From Planctomycetaceae bacterium (GTDB lineage Bacteria; Planctomycetota; Planctomycetia; Pirellulales; UBA1268), in assembly GCA_046086245.1 (NCBI GenBank), contig JBJSXB010000129.1, positions 1 to 47,657 on the forward strand: DNA of 47,657 nt. The letters run 5' to 3'. Positions 47,222-47,657 of this stretch are shown here, one piece after another. The notes below the pieces were generated by a model that worked only from the letters and a program-made list of their open reading frames with translations, did no database searches and was not told the DNA's origin. Made by a program: the position numbers and the translations under genes. Position 1 is the stretch's first letter. Each line of letters starts with the position of its first letter.

Positions 47222-47657
47222 CGTGCGAATGGGTGCCGCGCTCTGCGTGCACTGACTGTGCCCGATTCTTCGCCGGGTCACGACCAACGACGCCGTGAAT
47301 CAGACGGGGGCGTGGGTCATCATGGCGTGTCCAGCGGCACCTGCCGAGGCACTTTGCTGACATGGTCGGCAACTGGATTCCCGTGTACCGTGACCGCCAC
47401 GACAGCGATCGGGATTCTTGGAGTCCCGGTGGAGACCCATGCCCGCGGGTTGCTCGGAACACGACCGCGATGTCCAGGGGTGCCACGGGGTCCATCCGGT
47501 GGCCGACCGCTCCCCTCGCCCGGTTCGCTCCACTTTGGCACGACGCATGAACCACTTCGAGAGCACGCCCCATTGCGGTCTCTCTGCCACGCCGACGCGC
47601 CGGATCCATGTCTATGGCGTGGGATGTCCCAAAAGCGGCACGCAGTCATTGGCACGC

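Noticed and set aside
47222-47657. Integrative element or att site downstream of tRNA-Glu
   Set aside because: No integrase or duplicated tRNA 3' end is visible, the short ORFs are unconvincing, and the window ends before this can be judged.

Overview
This 47.7 kb window is high-GC bacterial DNA. Gene content points to Planctomycetota, probably Pirellulales-like; this is an inference from an N-terminal 'IETLERR' planctomycete-type leader, the DUF3467 plus HlyD/M50 cluster and the style of the cox operon. (1) 1-12.9 kb: an A2-type aa3 cytochrome c oxidase locus with a cupredoxin-like protein, diheme cytochrome c, coxB, coxA, heme A and heme O synthases, coxC, coxD, SCO, DUF420, a small CxxC protein and two paralogous unknown membrane proteins. 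(2) mdh. (3) Two apparent pseudo-enzymes, then a compact, highly divergent flagellar-type export-gate cassette: fliF-like, fliO, fliP without its Met gate, fliQ, fliR, and flhB without its NPTH/cytoplasmic domain. No flhA, ATPase, C-ring, rod or hook genes lie in the window. (4) Sulfotransferase, CxxS thioredoxin, TPR proteins and an ABC-2 permease. (5) A DUF3467 gene interrupted by one in-frame TAA, then GAF-HlyD, HlyD and an M50-peptidase/HlyD fusion; this looks like an ABC-less type I-like exporter. It is followed by MOSC, an inverse-autotransporter/beta-helix protein and a leader-bearing Calx-beta subtilase. (6) A WspA-like chemoreceptor, HAD phosphatase, threonine dehydratase, trypsin-like protease, Ser/Thr kinase, and tRNA-Glu(CTC) with a strong terminator. 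The two best candidates for an undescribed system are the M50/HlyD exporter with its possible LExR-leader cargo and the stripped-down flagellar export gate. No CRISPR array, rRNA or mobile element was seen. All family assignments are by motif recognition, not database search.
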